DNA of 63,841 nt, filler included, from Octopus bimaculoides (GCF_001194135.2; 5 parts of 5 records of this genome joined end to end with filler, not necessarily neighbours in it), one strand, 5' to 3'. Counted from the whole stretch's first letter, positions 1 to 13,373 are shown. Made by a program: numbers and translations. The notes: generated by a model from the letters alone, not told the origin.

Positions 1-619
1 CATAACTTTCAGGAAGATGGGTGTCTTTTATTGGAAACTTATACAAATCCCTTTCAAACGACATAGAATACAATTATAATGAACTTTGTGGGGAAAATGT
101 TTTAGGGATTTTCCTAATTTTTTTTAAACGACAGCCTTTGAAATGATGGCTTGGTTGTAGGGGGCATCTTTGTATGTAAAAAGTTTTGTAAAGTCTTATT
201 TTTTACACCACCTCCCTCATAATCCCACTCCAGACCTATTTTGACGAATTTTTTTTTTGCACTTCAAAACCATGAGAAGACCATTTTCGGTAAAATACTT
301 TTAAAAAATTGTTAATATTTTCAAAGGGAAAAGTGAGTGATTTAAGGGCGATTTGGCTGTTGTTTCTAGCACATCCAAAGACAGCCCTCCTCATTTCTTT
401 GTCACTCTCGCATGTATTGATGTTTTTCAATATTTACCCCCATAAATACGTTTATATGCTTTAAAAACGGAAATCTTAGAAATTATGAATTTTTGGCAAA
501 CCCACTCCCTGCACCCGATTGTTTCTGTTTAGAAATTAATATACTCGAGAGCCTGAGAAAGTCATTTCTGGCATTTATCCACAGTAATTAAAAAAAATTA
601 CGATGTACTTGCATAGCAG

Positions 620-712
620 ATGACTTGATCTAAGATCGTGTGCTGAAACAAAAACAATTGCAGCATGGATGTTTGTAAGCCATACAAGAACAAACAGAAA
701 CCATTAGTTTCA
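620..712 (-). repeat. Dispersed repeat fragment; inverted copy of 63590-63675
   Basis: gacttgatctaagatcgtgtgctgaaacaaaaacaattgcagc... aligns by eye to the reverse complement of 63590-63675. Confidence 0.7.
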
Positions 713-951
713 GGGAACCACTTAAATACAGAGGTCTTGATGCATCTACATAACAATATGAATGGAAGGGTCAGTTTTAGGGTTAGTTTTTAGGGTTAAG
801 GTTTGGGCTAGTTTTACGGTTAGGGCTGGGGTTAAAGTGCCATTACGCATTCACACAGCGTGCATTTAAAATGCTTTGTACATAACACCTGTATTTAAGT
901 AGTACCTCTGTATCTATGTAGTACCATTAAGGGACCTCTATATTTAGTACC
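713..951. mobile_element. MITE-like element with a degenerate TTAGGG-like core and inverted/tandem subterminal motifs
   Basis: Motif 713-735 (gggaaccacttaaatacagaggt) is inverted relative to three tandem copies at about 887-906, 904-925 and 934-951; TTAGGG-like tract at 767-835. Confidence 0.45.
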
Positions 952-1687
952 AGTTCCATTTCAGCATTAAAATTTCATTTGTGTCAAAATATTTTTTCGC
1001 TTTGAAACTGTGACCTGTTTACTAACAAAACTTCTCAAAAGTAATGCAGCATGAAGTTTTGTCAGTGAACAGCAAACACACACACACACATTCATTGCCT
1101 TTCATTTGTGTGTATGTGTATCTATGTGTGTGCGTGAGTGTGTTACTGTTTTTCTCTGTCGTACAACTTGTTTGTGTATATATTGGCTTAGTGGTACAGA
1201 GTGTTTGGAAACTGTGAATAAGGTGCAAGTTTCGAGTACTTGTCTGTAACGTTTTTTCTCTTCATCTTCTAATAGTAATTACCCAACTTTCTAGGCTCTT
1301 CTCACAGATATCCTGCATTAAAAAATTATATGGGTATTTTAAAAATTTTCATTCAGTAAATAATAAATTATGTATACATTAATAGAACAAACTATCAGTT
1401 TTCCAAACAGCGAATGAAAACTTAAAAGAGAAAGTGAGAGACTTTGCAAATGAGAATGGAATACTCCACAGTGAATGCAATGAATATTTAAATTTGAGAG
1501 AAATTGGAATTTAAAAAATTCTAGAAACGTGAGAAATTGAAATTATAGGAAATTTCTGAGAACATGAATTTACAAAAATATTTCCAGAGGTCAATAATTG
1601 CTTTCTTTTACTACTTTTAGTAATTTTTAATACCTAATTAATAAGCAGCTTTCTCTATTATAGTATAAATTATTATTATTATTGTTA

Positions 1688-1760
<73 letters not shown>

Positions 1761-2869
1761 GTTTGTGTGCATGTGTGTGTGTGTTATTCATCTCCATACC
1801 CTTATTCACCAGCTGAGTTACCATAAAAAATTACATGCAGTAGTTGTGACTCTTTCAGCCACACTCCACACTCCTCCTTAAACAATCTAATGCTTATAAT
1901 ACATATTGTCAATTAGTGCTAAACAGTCCTTCAAAATAAGACATACAATCCAACATATAGTTTATATTATATAACATCTCTTGCATGCCATATTTGTTCT
2001 CTCAATTTCCACTGAGTTTTTACTTCCAATGAAAAAAAAAAACTAATGTAAAATTTATTTATAAATGAACAAACAACTACCTTGTAAACACTAAAATTAA
2101 TGTAAACACAACTGCAATATGCAGTACCTAAGAACTCACTGCTAATAATATTTCCTCAAATATTTCCAAAACCTTTTATTCTAGATTACTAAATTTCTAG
2201 CATTTTAAGCATAACATATAAATGAATGGCTAAACATTATGTCATAATTTATTATCTCATTTCATCTTTTTTTATTAATTACCAACAAATTACACTAATT
2301 AACCTTACAACTTTGATACAAAGTTAACTATTTAATTTTTCTCACACGTATATTCGAAATACATTCTTACAGATCACAGAATTCAAATCTGCTCTTCTTT
2401 ACCGCATAAAAATATAAACTCTTATGTTTTTCTCATTAAATATCTGTTCATATGTTTCCCAATATTCCAGATAGCCTAAAGCTTTACAAGCTAATTTTAT
2501 TCAGCTAAATATTTTTATTAAACATATTTCTAGAATATTAAGTTCACCCTAAATATTTTTATATTTTCCACTTGTGTCTCATGTTTATTTACCACAGTAA
2601 TTTTATTTTTCTGGTTAATTACTGTAACCAGTTGCAAAACAAAATTTGGGCCAGTAATCAATATATCAAGAAACATAACAGATATAAATTATAAATATAT
2701 ACATATAAATACACACACACACACACGCACACACAGATATACATATTAGAAATCAGCTCCTCAGAAGAATTTAAATGATTAAAAACAGAAGAGAACATGC
2801 AGACATATAAATCATTATCATTACTATCATTTTTCAAGTGTTTTTTTTTTTGCATGCTTGCATGGGTTG

Positions 2870-4880
2870 GACAATCTTAGTGGTTTGTCACTTCATGTAG
2901 TCCTTTGACATCTCTTTTGTTATGTTCAGTCTCTAAAGATGAGTTTAGATCATTTTTACCCATGTTTCTCAGTCCTTCTCTTCTGTACAGTTCTTCCTCA
3001 TAGATTCCCCCAAACTTTCCTCTATATGCTTCACATACCCATGCCAGAACAGTCTTCTCACTGGCATATTGTAGTTGATTCCATTTGTATTCAGTTTTTC
3101 TCTCAGCTTATTTGTGTTCAGTCATCCAAGACCATTAACATTATAGATTCTATGAAGCATGTTTGTTACATTTCTTTCCAGTCATTGTACATCCCTTGCA
3201 TTCCATGCCCATGTTTTGCCATCATGCAACATCACTCATTTGTATGTGAGAATCATACACTTTACCCTTCACTCAAAGAAAAATCCTTCTCTTAGCAACA
3301 AAGGCAAAAGCTTCCTTGCATTTTTTCCACTCTGTCTTAACATTCATCACAATGCATTTGGAACAAACATATCCAATATTTCTTTATAGTAAAACCTATG
3401 AGCTGCTTCTAGAAATTTGAAAGAATTCATTTCATGGTTGCTAAATGCTGTTATGCATCAGCTACAAAGTCCTTCTTCTGTGTCAGCTAGCAGTGATCTT
3501 GCAGAATTTCTTGTGCACATATAGTTTACATTTGGTACATACTATAGTGTTTCTACCAATGCTTTTATTGCATATTGAGTATGATCACCTCATTGCTGGT
3601 AGTTGAGTTTTGTCTCTATTACTGCTAATTACAACCTACATCTTTACTTGGTTTACTTTGAGGCTTTGTGATTCTAGACATTACTTCTATATTTGGAATT
3701 TCTTTATTTCTTCAATACATTAACCTATGAAAATTAGGTTATCATCAAATAGGACTTCGTACAGTCAGATAGCTTTAAGCTTTTCTGTTATGGCCTGGAA
3801 AACTACAACTAAAAGTATAGCCAAAAGAAGGGGTACAAGAACTAAGCCCTGATAGAAACTTATCAACATGCTGAATTCCTTATTGAATTCATAGCTAACT
3901 CTCACCTTAATTATGGCATCTCTACGTATGACTTGCAAGGCTATCACAAACATATTCATCTACATACCAAATTTTCTTAGCAACTGCCAGGCTATAGAGC
4001 ATGGTACTATGTGAAAGGCCTTCTGTACGTCAACAAAGACTCAGTGTAGTAACTTAATTTTAGCTTAGAGCTTCTCTTGTAGTTATATGACAAAAAGCTA
4101 TTAGTCATATCACATTCTAGCTCAAACCCAAACACCATCTTATCTAAGCTACTTCTCTCTCTAATGTTGTCTGTTGCATTTGTAACATGGTCCACCAATT
4201 ACTTCTGTAGTTGCTAGTTTGCTGGATAATTTTGCTCTTGTTGCGGTTGATGATGAGGATGCTATACTAGTGATTAAGTATAACTGTTACCTGAAGTAGT
4301 TGACTTACCTTGTAAGTGCCCATTTTCAAGATTCATACCATGTTGCTGATGGTTCAGCTACTTTGTCTTCCTTCATAACTTTACCTATGCTCTTGACCTT
4401 ATAAATGTCAATTCAGTAACTGCTCTCCCTGTTGGCTCTACTGGAGTACTCCTTTTCACTCGCTCTTAATTTTCAAATAGTCAGTTTCTCAGAGTAATGT
4501 TTGCTTTAATTTCTCATTTCATCTTCAGTGCTGATAAGTACACTACTATCATTCCATTCATGGATATTCTTAGTGCAACCAATGGGGTTTGCAATCCAAA
4601 ATACTGGACATCTATAATACACGATTCACAAAACTTTGGTAAACCCTTTACTTTCTCTTTGTTACATACACCTCACCCTCAGCCTCTCTTCTAACCACCT
4701 GGTGTTCCATGCTCTTCTCTTCTTGCAATCTTTCAACCAATCTCTCATCTTTTCATCACCCTTAAACACTTCCCAAACCATTAAAACATGCAAAATCAGT
4801 CTTTGAAAACTTGGGATATTCTATTTAGGTCCAAGTTTATCCTGTTATAAGGGTCAGCATGGCCACTTTCAGTATCCAAA
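2870..4880 (-). pseudogene. Decayed RTE-clade LINE, reverse transcriptase region to C-terminus
   Basis: Minus-strand peptides IRERSSLDKMVFGF (cf. LDEMQFGF), KVRVSYEFNKEF..YQGLVLVPLLL..AITEKLK..LYEVLFDD (cf. GVHQGSVLSPLLF..LLYADD) and RRLFWHGYV (cf. RLRWYGHV); many stops and frameshifts. Confidence 0.85.
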
Positions 4881-5165
4881 ATAAACTATGTAATGAACTG
4901 CATAACGTATATCAATCAAAATCTACATAATTCTAAAACGAGAAAGAAAATGTACTTGGATTGTGAGGGGTGGTATAGGAACAGCTTGTGAGTTACAATC
5001 TATAATCTAAAATATATTTCCAAAGCATCAAGAAAGTTAAAAGAATTATTTCCTCAAACTAATGAAATATCATTTCTTATACCAGCAAGGATAAGGCAAG
5101 CCATTACACATATATATGTAAACACACACACACACACACGCATGCACACACGCATGCACACGCAT

Positions 5166-5220
<55 letters not shown>

Positions 5221-5448
5221 TGGAATCGCTGTAAATACTTTATTTTTCTGCCAAATTGATAGCTGCTACTGTATTAATAACTCTTTAACAAATTGTATAA
5301 TATAATACCATTCACTGGAAATGAGCTAATGACATCACAGTTCACCAATTTTTTATTTCCTAAAATAACTTTAAAAAAGTGAGCCACATTTATAAAAAGA
5401 AAAAACTTTTTTACTGCATCTTCTTTCAATCATATCTATATAACAAAC

Positions 5449-7080
5449 ATCATCATCATCCTCATCATCATCATCATGTTTCCCATGTTGGCATGGGTTT
5501 AGCTTCTGTTTTGGCATGGTTTTTGCAGCTGGATGCCCTTCCTAATGCCAACTACTTTACATAGTGTACTTGGTGATTTTTATATGACACCAGCGTAGGT
5601 GCTTTTTAAATGGCACAAGCATCTGTAGGGTTACTAAGTACCTTGCAAGACAAAGACCTCTCAGCTGGCAAATGGTGTGGAAATGAGAGAAGTGGCTGTG
5701 TGCTAGGTGAGAGAGAGTATGATAGAGGGAGGGAGATAACCCTCTTACTATAAAGGAGATACTTGGCTACCTTTGTAGGACAAGGAAGGAAAGCAAAGTG
5801 GAAGAGAGTTAGGGAAGGAGATAGTGAAACAATTAGAGTGAGAGAGAGAGAGCCTATCTACAGGAAACAGTGTGGCAGGGGGAAGTGTAAGTAGTACAGG
5901 GGGGATAGAGGGAGATGTTCTATAAGAGAGTGTGAGGGGAGAATTTTGGAGAAAGTAAGTGATGTTGAGAGGAATTTGAGTGGCTGGGAGAGGGTTATGG
6001 CAGATATGTGAAAACATGGATAGTGCATGGATAGGCACATGAGGGAGAGTGGTGGAGCCTGCAGTGGGTGGTGGCGAAGTGGGGAAGATGTGCTGTGAAG
6101 GAGATTTGACAGGGGACAGAATTGTGTGTGCATGTGTGGGAGGAATGGCCATAAAAGATGTGCCTGTGTTTGGATGGCCAAAGTTTTACTTAGCTTGACA
6201 TGTCTTCTCAAACATGACAAATCGCCAATGATACTTGGTCCCTTGTCAATTCCTCAGTGGGGCTCAACATCTGAAGATTATTTCTCATTACTTCATCCCA
6301 TATCGTTCTGCAGGTTCCCTCCACAACTGACGATTGGCACTTCTTTATGCAGCTGTCCTCATCTATATGCATCACATGACCATACCAGCCGAATCTTCTC
6401 TCTTAAACACTACATCTGATGCCTGTTATACACAATTTTTTTCTCAAATCATTTACTCTCTGTGGTACATGCACACTGTCATTATCCATCCAGCAGAGCA
6501 TGCTGGCTTCATTTCTTTCAAGCTTTCAAATGCTCTGTATTCATAACCTATGTTTCACTGCCATGTAGCATAGCTGTTCATACACATTCATCATTATGTA
6601 TGGGCTGCAGTTGAGAAAGGCACAAACTACTCTGTCTGCAATACTAAGGTTGATCAAAAAAGGTGTTCTATGATTTTTCCAGGGTCACAGACAGGAATGC
6701 ATACATCAGGTTCCAGAGCTGTCTTGAGACTGTGGCAGAATCTGCTTTTCACTCTGAGTGAGAGGCCCTTTGTTACCAACAATTATAGTTGCTCTCTAAC
6801 CTTTCACTAGCCTATTCTTATTCTAGTAGCTATGCTTTCAGAGCTTCATCCTTCACTGCTAACTTGGTTGCTTAAATAATGGAAGCTTTCTATTATTTCT
6901 AAGAATTCCCCCAGACATTTGAGAAAGTCTCTTCTCTGTACATTCTTAGTGTTTATTGTACTTGCACCTCTTCTATACATAAAAGCTACTTTTTCTGTTA
7001 AACATCCTGTGATACTGCTGCACTAGTGGCATATGTTGGTTGTCGCATTGGGTCTCCTGCCACACCCAATGCCACAGAAT
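5449..7080 (-). pseudogene. Second decayed RTE-clade LINE, 3' part with 3' UTR and (TGA)n tail
   Basis: Minus-strand peptides ESFHYLSNQVSSEG, LLVTKGLSLRVK, AMLHGSET and RRFGWYGHVMHIDEDSCIKKC; 3' motif ggatgcccttcctaatgccaac at about 5530; CAT repeats at 5449-5478. Confidence 0.85.
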
Positions 7081-7945
7081 AGTTTAAGCTGCAGTATAAC
7101 AAAAGTTTTATGCTAAGATTTGTTATTAAATTAATAAGTAAGGTTAATATTTATAATGAATTTGCAATTTTTGATGGGTGTGCAGTGCCCACCTAGCACA
7201 CCTGGAACATACGCCCCTGTGCTGCACCTCTTTTGAGTCAGGTACATTGAACGGAGTTTCTACCAACACCCTTTCTACATATTAAACTGGATTTCTATTG
7301 TTAAATGAAGTGGTTTCACTTGTTTCTGATCTGCTTCTAGATCGACATGTAAAAGGTCGAGTGTTTTCCTGATACATGTAATCTTAACATAATTTTCAGG
7401 CAAAATCAGCACAACACAATGTTTGAGGCAAGATTATACTGTTCAATTACTGGTACAATCCGCCCAATGGACTTCAATTTCCATTTTCCCAATTTCACTC
7501 ACAAGGTATAGAAAATGACATTTACTCAAGTTATCATACAGTGGGATTAAACCCAACTCCTTGTAGTTGTCAAACAAACATTTTAACCATTTGGCTATGG
7601 CATAGTGAACATTTGTGATGACAAAGAAAAATATTCAATATATAAAGTAGAGGTGATGTATTATGCTAGAAGCTGCTGCTTCTTTAAAGTGAGTTTTACA
7701 TTACTGGATAAGAAAGTAACCTTGTAATATGCAATCAAAAATATTGGAAAGTCATTGAAATATGATTTTTTATCAAGATTTGATTGGGTGTTCAAAACAT
7801 CTGTTTGAAAACGACTCATATTCTTTTATACAATTGTCAAACACTGAATATTTGAAATATTCATCAAAGCACATGTAGACTCATTATATTTTCGTGTTTT
7901 CTGTATCATATGTATAAATCACACAAATGGTATTTTAAATTGCAG

Positions 7946-8080
7946 AATAGTGTCAATAAGAATCAGAGCACTACTGGAGAAGAGAGTGAATGGAATGATA
8001 GTTGTGCATTTATCTCCACTGAGACTAAAAAGGCAAAATTAGGAAAATATTTTGCAAGATTGATAAACTTTCAAGAATAT
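7946..8080 (+). CDS. Candidate isolated 135-nt phase 0-0 exon (NSVNKNQSTTGEESEWNDSCAFISTETKKAKLGKYFARLINFQEY), product unknown
   Basis: Acceptor ttttaaattgcag, donor TAT/gtaaga, one open frame, purine-rich, non-repetitive; no recognisable homology. Confidence 0.22.
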
Positions 8081-9299
8081 GTAAGAGCAGAAGTGAACTG
8101 CGACTGAAATTGATAAGTTATCACAGCATGAATAGTTTATTCAATTGGTCTTTGGAATTCCTTTGATAAATATTGATGGAAGTATCTTCAAGGATTTATA
8201 ATTTTCCCCAGCTTTTGCTAAAAATTTGGAAACGTGTTGCAAGATGCTATATTTTTCTGAGAAAGCTCATAATGTTAGAGATTATATTGTATAATATTTG
8301 TTTTCCTATTTTGCATATTTTAATATGTATATTCTTCTACATATTTTTTCCTATTTTGTATATTTTAGTATGTATATTCTAGTTTTGAAGCCACTGTTAT
8401 TGTTATAATGAGCAACTTAGTCAAAAGATTCTACATAAAGACATAAGGTAAATATGAACTTAGTGATAATATTAGCTAAATTTCTAAGAAAAGTGGCTGA
8501 AATTTATAGTAATATATCATAAGGTTAACAAAAAACAAAAGGCAGTATTTACCACTATCAAAACAATGTTATTTCAAAGAAATTAACTATACTTAACTAT
8601 ATTCATATCTGCTGTAGGTCTTCAAATCTAATTCTTTGAATATGTTAATGTACACTTTGTAATAGTGCCATTGCATGGTCATTCATATCTTGCAGATGGA
8701 TAAGTTAATAACACAGTAAAGATAAAAATCTGCATAGTAGAATCAATTTCAAAGTAAGTCTACTCCTATCAAATTACAAGCTTCAGTCCCAATGTATACT
8801 TTCATTACTACATCAAACAACCAAATATTTTTACTGTTTTTCTCTCTGCTCTCTTTTTTTTTTTCTGATCTCTTCTCATCTCACTTCTTTTCTTTCTCCC
8901 CATTTTCCTTTCCAACCAATTTTTCTCCTTCCCATTCAAACACCCAGACTCTGCTCCGCATATTTATTTAATTATTTAATCTTTAATTTTTGGCATATTT
9001 ATGTTTTGCATGACAGTCAGGAATCATCCAACAAAATCCTTTCGTGTCTAGACTTGTGGGCATCCTTCATCCAATCAATATTCAATATTCACTTCAATTA
9101 TGTGTATCTCTTTTGCTTCTCTGTAGACATTTTCCAAATGCTCCATTTTTATAATCACCTGAAGATCAGAAATGAGAAACACAAAGGAATGATTCATAAA
9201 AAATTTTCTGCTTTCATTAAAATTTTGTATACCTAGTGTATGTAAGAATGTATGCACACATGTACACATGCAAACATGCATGCGTGCTGATCAATTGAC

Positions 9300-9480
9300 A
9301 TAATCATTAGAATGCTGGATAAAATATCGTGTAGTGTTTAGCTATGGCCCTTTAAATTCTGAGTCCAAATCATGCAAAGTTCAGCTTTGCATTTCATCCT
9401 TTTAGCCTTTATGTCATAAGAATTAACTGAGTACAGGAGTTGATGTATCTGACTTTTCTTCCACCAACCTGTATCAACAG
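9300..9480 (+). mobile_element. Highly decayed tRNA-type SINE
   Basis: ttctgagtccaaatc..agctttgcatttcatcctttt resembles the body of the 13994-14227 family. Confidence 0.35.
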
Positions 9481-9741
9481 GCTAAACAACAACTGATATA
9501 CACCACCATCACCAAAAATCTAGCAATTGATTAAAAGCTTCTCAATGCATTTTTTTTTCCCATTTTTATACCAAAAACTGCTACTTATAAACCACACCTC
9601 CATGGAAAATTTATAGTCTGAGGGAGCTGATCCATAGCAAAACGATGAAGTTGCTGTCAACCTTTTACTTGTAAAAATAAATTTCATATGTATGGCCTAT
9701 ATATATGTGTGTGTGTGTGTGCGTGTATATATATATATATG

Positions 9742-9772
<31 letters not shown>

Positions 9773-9826
9773 NNNNNNNNNNNNNNNNNNNNNNNNNNNN
9801 NNNNNNNNNNNNNNNNNNNNTGTGTG

Positions 9827-9871
<45 letters not shown>

Positions 9872-11397
9872 TAAATGGCTTTGATGTGTGTCTTTCCAAA
9901 ATAGTAAAAGTGTTAATCAATATTGGTTATGTGAAAAGATGCAGCATCACTGGGGAGTCTGTGTGAAGTGAAGAAAGTGTAATATTTTGCTTCATAATTC
10001 ATGTCTTGAAAGTCACTTGAAGTCTCTGTGACTTATATATTATAGTAAAAACCATTTTTCTGATGGGATGATGGAGGCCACTGTATTAATGATGTTTTAC
10101 AAGTTGCACAATACATGCAATATAACTAGCTGTGAACTTATGACTTCTGGCTCCAATTATTTCTTTTCTTTACTCTTCAGTACTATGGCTCACACTTTTA
10201 AAATAAAAAGACAAAAATTTGAATGCCTCCAACACCCTTCTCCACCTTGTTTTCTTAATTTTATCAAGATTTTTTATATTTATTTATTAATTTCTGTGTG
10301 TCACTTTCCAGAATGGTAAAAGATGTAATCAATACTAGTGAAGTGAAAAAGATGAAAGAAAAAGTTTTTATAACATTGCAGGGAAGTTTGTGTGATATGT
10401 TGGCAAAAAGAACGTTTTCCTTAATAAGACATAATGTCTCGAAAGTCACCTCAACCAGCCGTGAATTATTGTGTGTTTTTGTGAAGAGATGGAAATTTAC
10501 GATTGTATTTTCTCAAGTATTAATAGCTTAATTGCAGACCTCATTCCTTCTAGTTCCAAAGTAATTGGTTGTGGAGCCATAATACTTTGAATAAGAAACG
10601 TTACTTTTGTTTGATAATCTAGATTTCATTGTACAAAAACTATGAAGATAAAATTAAATGAAACACAAAATATCAACAGAAAAGTCGTTTATTATTTTAG
10701 CAATATTTGTTGTAAATATTTATTGGTGAGGTTAGATTAGTAATATATTGGTTTTATTATTTTCTTGTTAATTTTGTTCTTTTTGTTTTGTATATTTTTA
10801 CTGCTTTCCCCACTTTTCCTACTATATTTGCTGAGAGACTGAGTTTTTACAATTCTACTGCAGTCAGTAAGAGGAACTTATGATGAAACTAAAACAGAAA
10901 AAAGATGCTTGCAAAGTATGAAGGAATAAATACCTTCACTATTCAATAATTGCAATGTCTGAGCTATTTGTGAGCTACATCAAGGCACCTAGAGGTTTCC
11001 TATTTAAGATCCAGTCTTTATTACACATTAAGATCTATTATTACGTTGAGAAAATGGTATGGCTAATGACATACTTTGCTGAGTTAAATTGTAGTTGGAT
11101 GAGAGCTTGAAAAAATATAATCATAGGATAAACATTTTAACAATAAATACAGTGCTTTAGAAATGATAACAGGATATTTAAATGTAGCCTATTGGATTCA
11201 GTGCCATGTTTGAAATTGACTATATGTACCCCCGTCACACACAAGCATACACATGAATACACGCACACACACACACATATGTATATATGATGATCATCAT
11301 CATCCTCATCCACAGCAGCAGCAGCAGCTAGACCGTCATTTAACATCCATTATACATACATACACACATACATGCGTACACGCACATATATATTTAT

Positions 11398-11436
<39 letters not shown>

Positions 11437-11479
11437 GAGTGAGAAAGCAGTGCTTGTCATCAAAGTGACACTGAGGTAA

Positions 11480-11975
11480 AATATATGAAGCCCAGAATAC
11501 CCATCATGACTACTTGTCTGATAAGGATACACCAGGCACATGCATCACAACCATATGTTGCTTGGCATAGTGATCTCATATCAAGATAAACAGCACATGA
11601 CCTTGCAGGTGGGGCCCAGTTAAAATTTTCTTCAGGTTGAGTAGCCCATCCCATTCAAAAAAGGTCCCTGAATAAGGGTTGTTTAAGGATGTTGAATGAA
11701 ACACCCGTGTTTTCAAAGGTGAATTATCCAAACTCCAAAGAATTCCTTTCAACACATGGCTATGATGCTCCCCTATTACGTCTGCTTGTGATCAGAGATG
11801 CACATATCATCAGCCACCAAGGGACATGCTCAACTGGTTAAGGTCAAACAAGTAACAAACAAATCTGTGGTATTGAGCAGAATATTTGCTGTAGCCCATC
11901 TTTTATAACAAGAAAAACAATGTACATGATAACACTTCCAATTAGTTAAGAAAGCCAGGAATTGCATCAGGGCAT
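11480..11975 (-). repeat. Dispersed repeat, probably the 5' region of an RTE or a non-autonomous derivative; sibling of 22684-23070
   Basis: 11620-11940 aligns with the reverse complement of 22770-23070 (for example aatattctgctcaataccacagattt and ccagttgagcatgtccctt). Confidence 0.7.
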
Positions 11976-12019
11976 TTTATTATTATTATTATTATTATCA
12001 TTATTATTATTATTATTAC

Positions 12020-12077
<58 letters not shown>

Positions 12078-12079
<2 letters not shown>

Positions 12080-12290
12080 GGTGGCAATCTGGCAGAATCA
12101 TTAGCATGCCAGGCAAAATGCTCAGTGGCATTTCGTCTGTCCTTATGTTCTGAGTTCCAATGCTACCGAGGTTGACTTTGCCTTTCATCCTTTTGAGATC
12201 AATGAATTAAGTACCAGTGAAACACTGGGATTGATGAAATCGACTAGTCCCCTCCCCACCAAATTTCAGGCTTTGTGCCTATTGTAGAAA
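12078..12290 (+). mobile_element. tRNA-type SINE, CpG-decayed copy
   Basis: Aligns with 13994-14227; A-box-like tggcagaatc, B-box-like gagttccaatgc, conserved gactttgcctttcatcc. Confidence 0.85.
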
Positions 12291-12349
12291 AGATTATTAT
12301 TATTATTATTATTATTATTGTTATTATTATTATTGTTATTATTATTATT

Positions 12350-12570
12350 AAGGCGGTGAGCTGGTACAATTGTTAGCATGCTGGGCAAAATGCTTAGTGG
12401 TATTTCGCTTGCCGCTACGTTCAGAGTTCAGATTCCGCGGAGGTTGACTTTACCACTTATCCTTTTGGGGTCGATAAAATAAGTACCAGTTGAACACAGG
12501 GGTCAATGTAATCGACTCATCCCTTCCCGCCAAAGTTGCTGTCTTTGTGGAAAAATTTGAAACCATTATC
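12350..12570 (+). mobile_element. tRNA-type SINE, tandem to the 12078 copy across a (TTA)n tract
   Basis: aaggcggtgagctgg...gagttcagattccgcggagg...ataagtaccagttg. Confidence 0.85.
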
Positions 12571-12801
12571 ATTTAAGTATCCAATATCATAATGTTGTTG
12601 ATTGAAGGTATTGTATCTACCGGGGCTTTGTACTGTCTGTCAAGTCACAACAACAACCTCAGACAGACAGTAATTGCTGCCCTTGTGGCAAAATTTGAAA
12701 CAATTCTTCTTCTTCTTCTGTTTCCAGCTGTCTTAATAATGACCAACCACACAGTAATTTCCCTTTGTTTAACGGTTATTTTCATAGAATTTTTTTCGAT
12801 T

Positions 12802-12875
12802 GGTAGATAACTGAAGAGATGGCGGCGTGGGTTTCCACCCCGGCATCCAAAATTCGGAGTTTTATCATGGCTACC
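12802..12875 (+). ncRNA. Degenerate type-I hammerhead-ribozyme-like motif at the head of a dispersed repeat
   Basis: Stem I GATAA/TTATC (plus GGTAG/CTACC), CTGAAGA, stem II GATG/CATC, CAAA in place of GAAA, near-palindromic stem III, GUU site. Confidence 0.55.
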
Positions 12876-13035
12876 GAATAATTGTCACATATTATTTACA
12901 GATAAATTCCTCTATTTACACAATATCGAGGTCTCTTTCTTTCTTTTGTTGTCATACTTTTTCTATCAATATATATATATATATATATATANNNNNNNNN
13001 NNNNNNNNNNNNNNNNNNNNNNNNNNNNNNNNNNN

Positions 13036-13047
13036 TTAATTAATTAA
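13036..13047. other. TTAATTAATTAA linker between N runs (assembly artefact; also 30696-30707, 48432-48443, 60990-61001)
   Basis: Identical 12-mer isolated between N blocks four times; it has stop codons in all six frames. Confidence 0.85.
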
Positions 13048-13373
13048 NNNNNNNNNNNNNNNNNNNNNNNNNNNNNNNNNNNNNNNNNNNNATATATATA
13101 TATATATATACATGTGTATATGTATTTAAAAATTGCGAGTGTGCGTGTGTTTGTATGCGTATGTGTTTGTCTGGGTGTTTGTGTATGTGTATATGTGTTT
13201 ATATTGCATGCGTATATGCATAGAATAGATTCAATGTTACACCTAGCCGTACAGACGCACATATATCGTTATTTATTTGTCGAATCATATTAAATTTTAT
13301 ATTCCTGTTAGCAATTCTAATATAATAATTTTTAGAAATTAAAAACAGAACAAAAATGTAACACAGATTTCAA

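Noticed and set aside
5748-6220. Pro/Ser-rich 134-aa and 120-aa ORFs
   Set aside because: They fall in the pyrimidine-rich 3' UTR of the RTE LINE.
8110-8135. miRNA seed-like matches (tatcacagc here; tgaggtag at about 42668; taatactg at about 29467)
   Set aside because: The similarity stops at the seed and there is no precursor hairpin.
13036-13047. TTAATTAATTAA recurring four times (also 30696, 48432, 60990)
   Set aside because: Always isolated between N runs and a six-frame stop linker; an assembly spacer, not biology.
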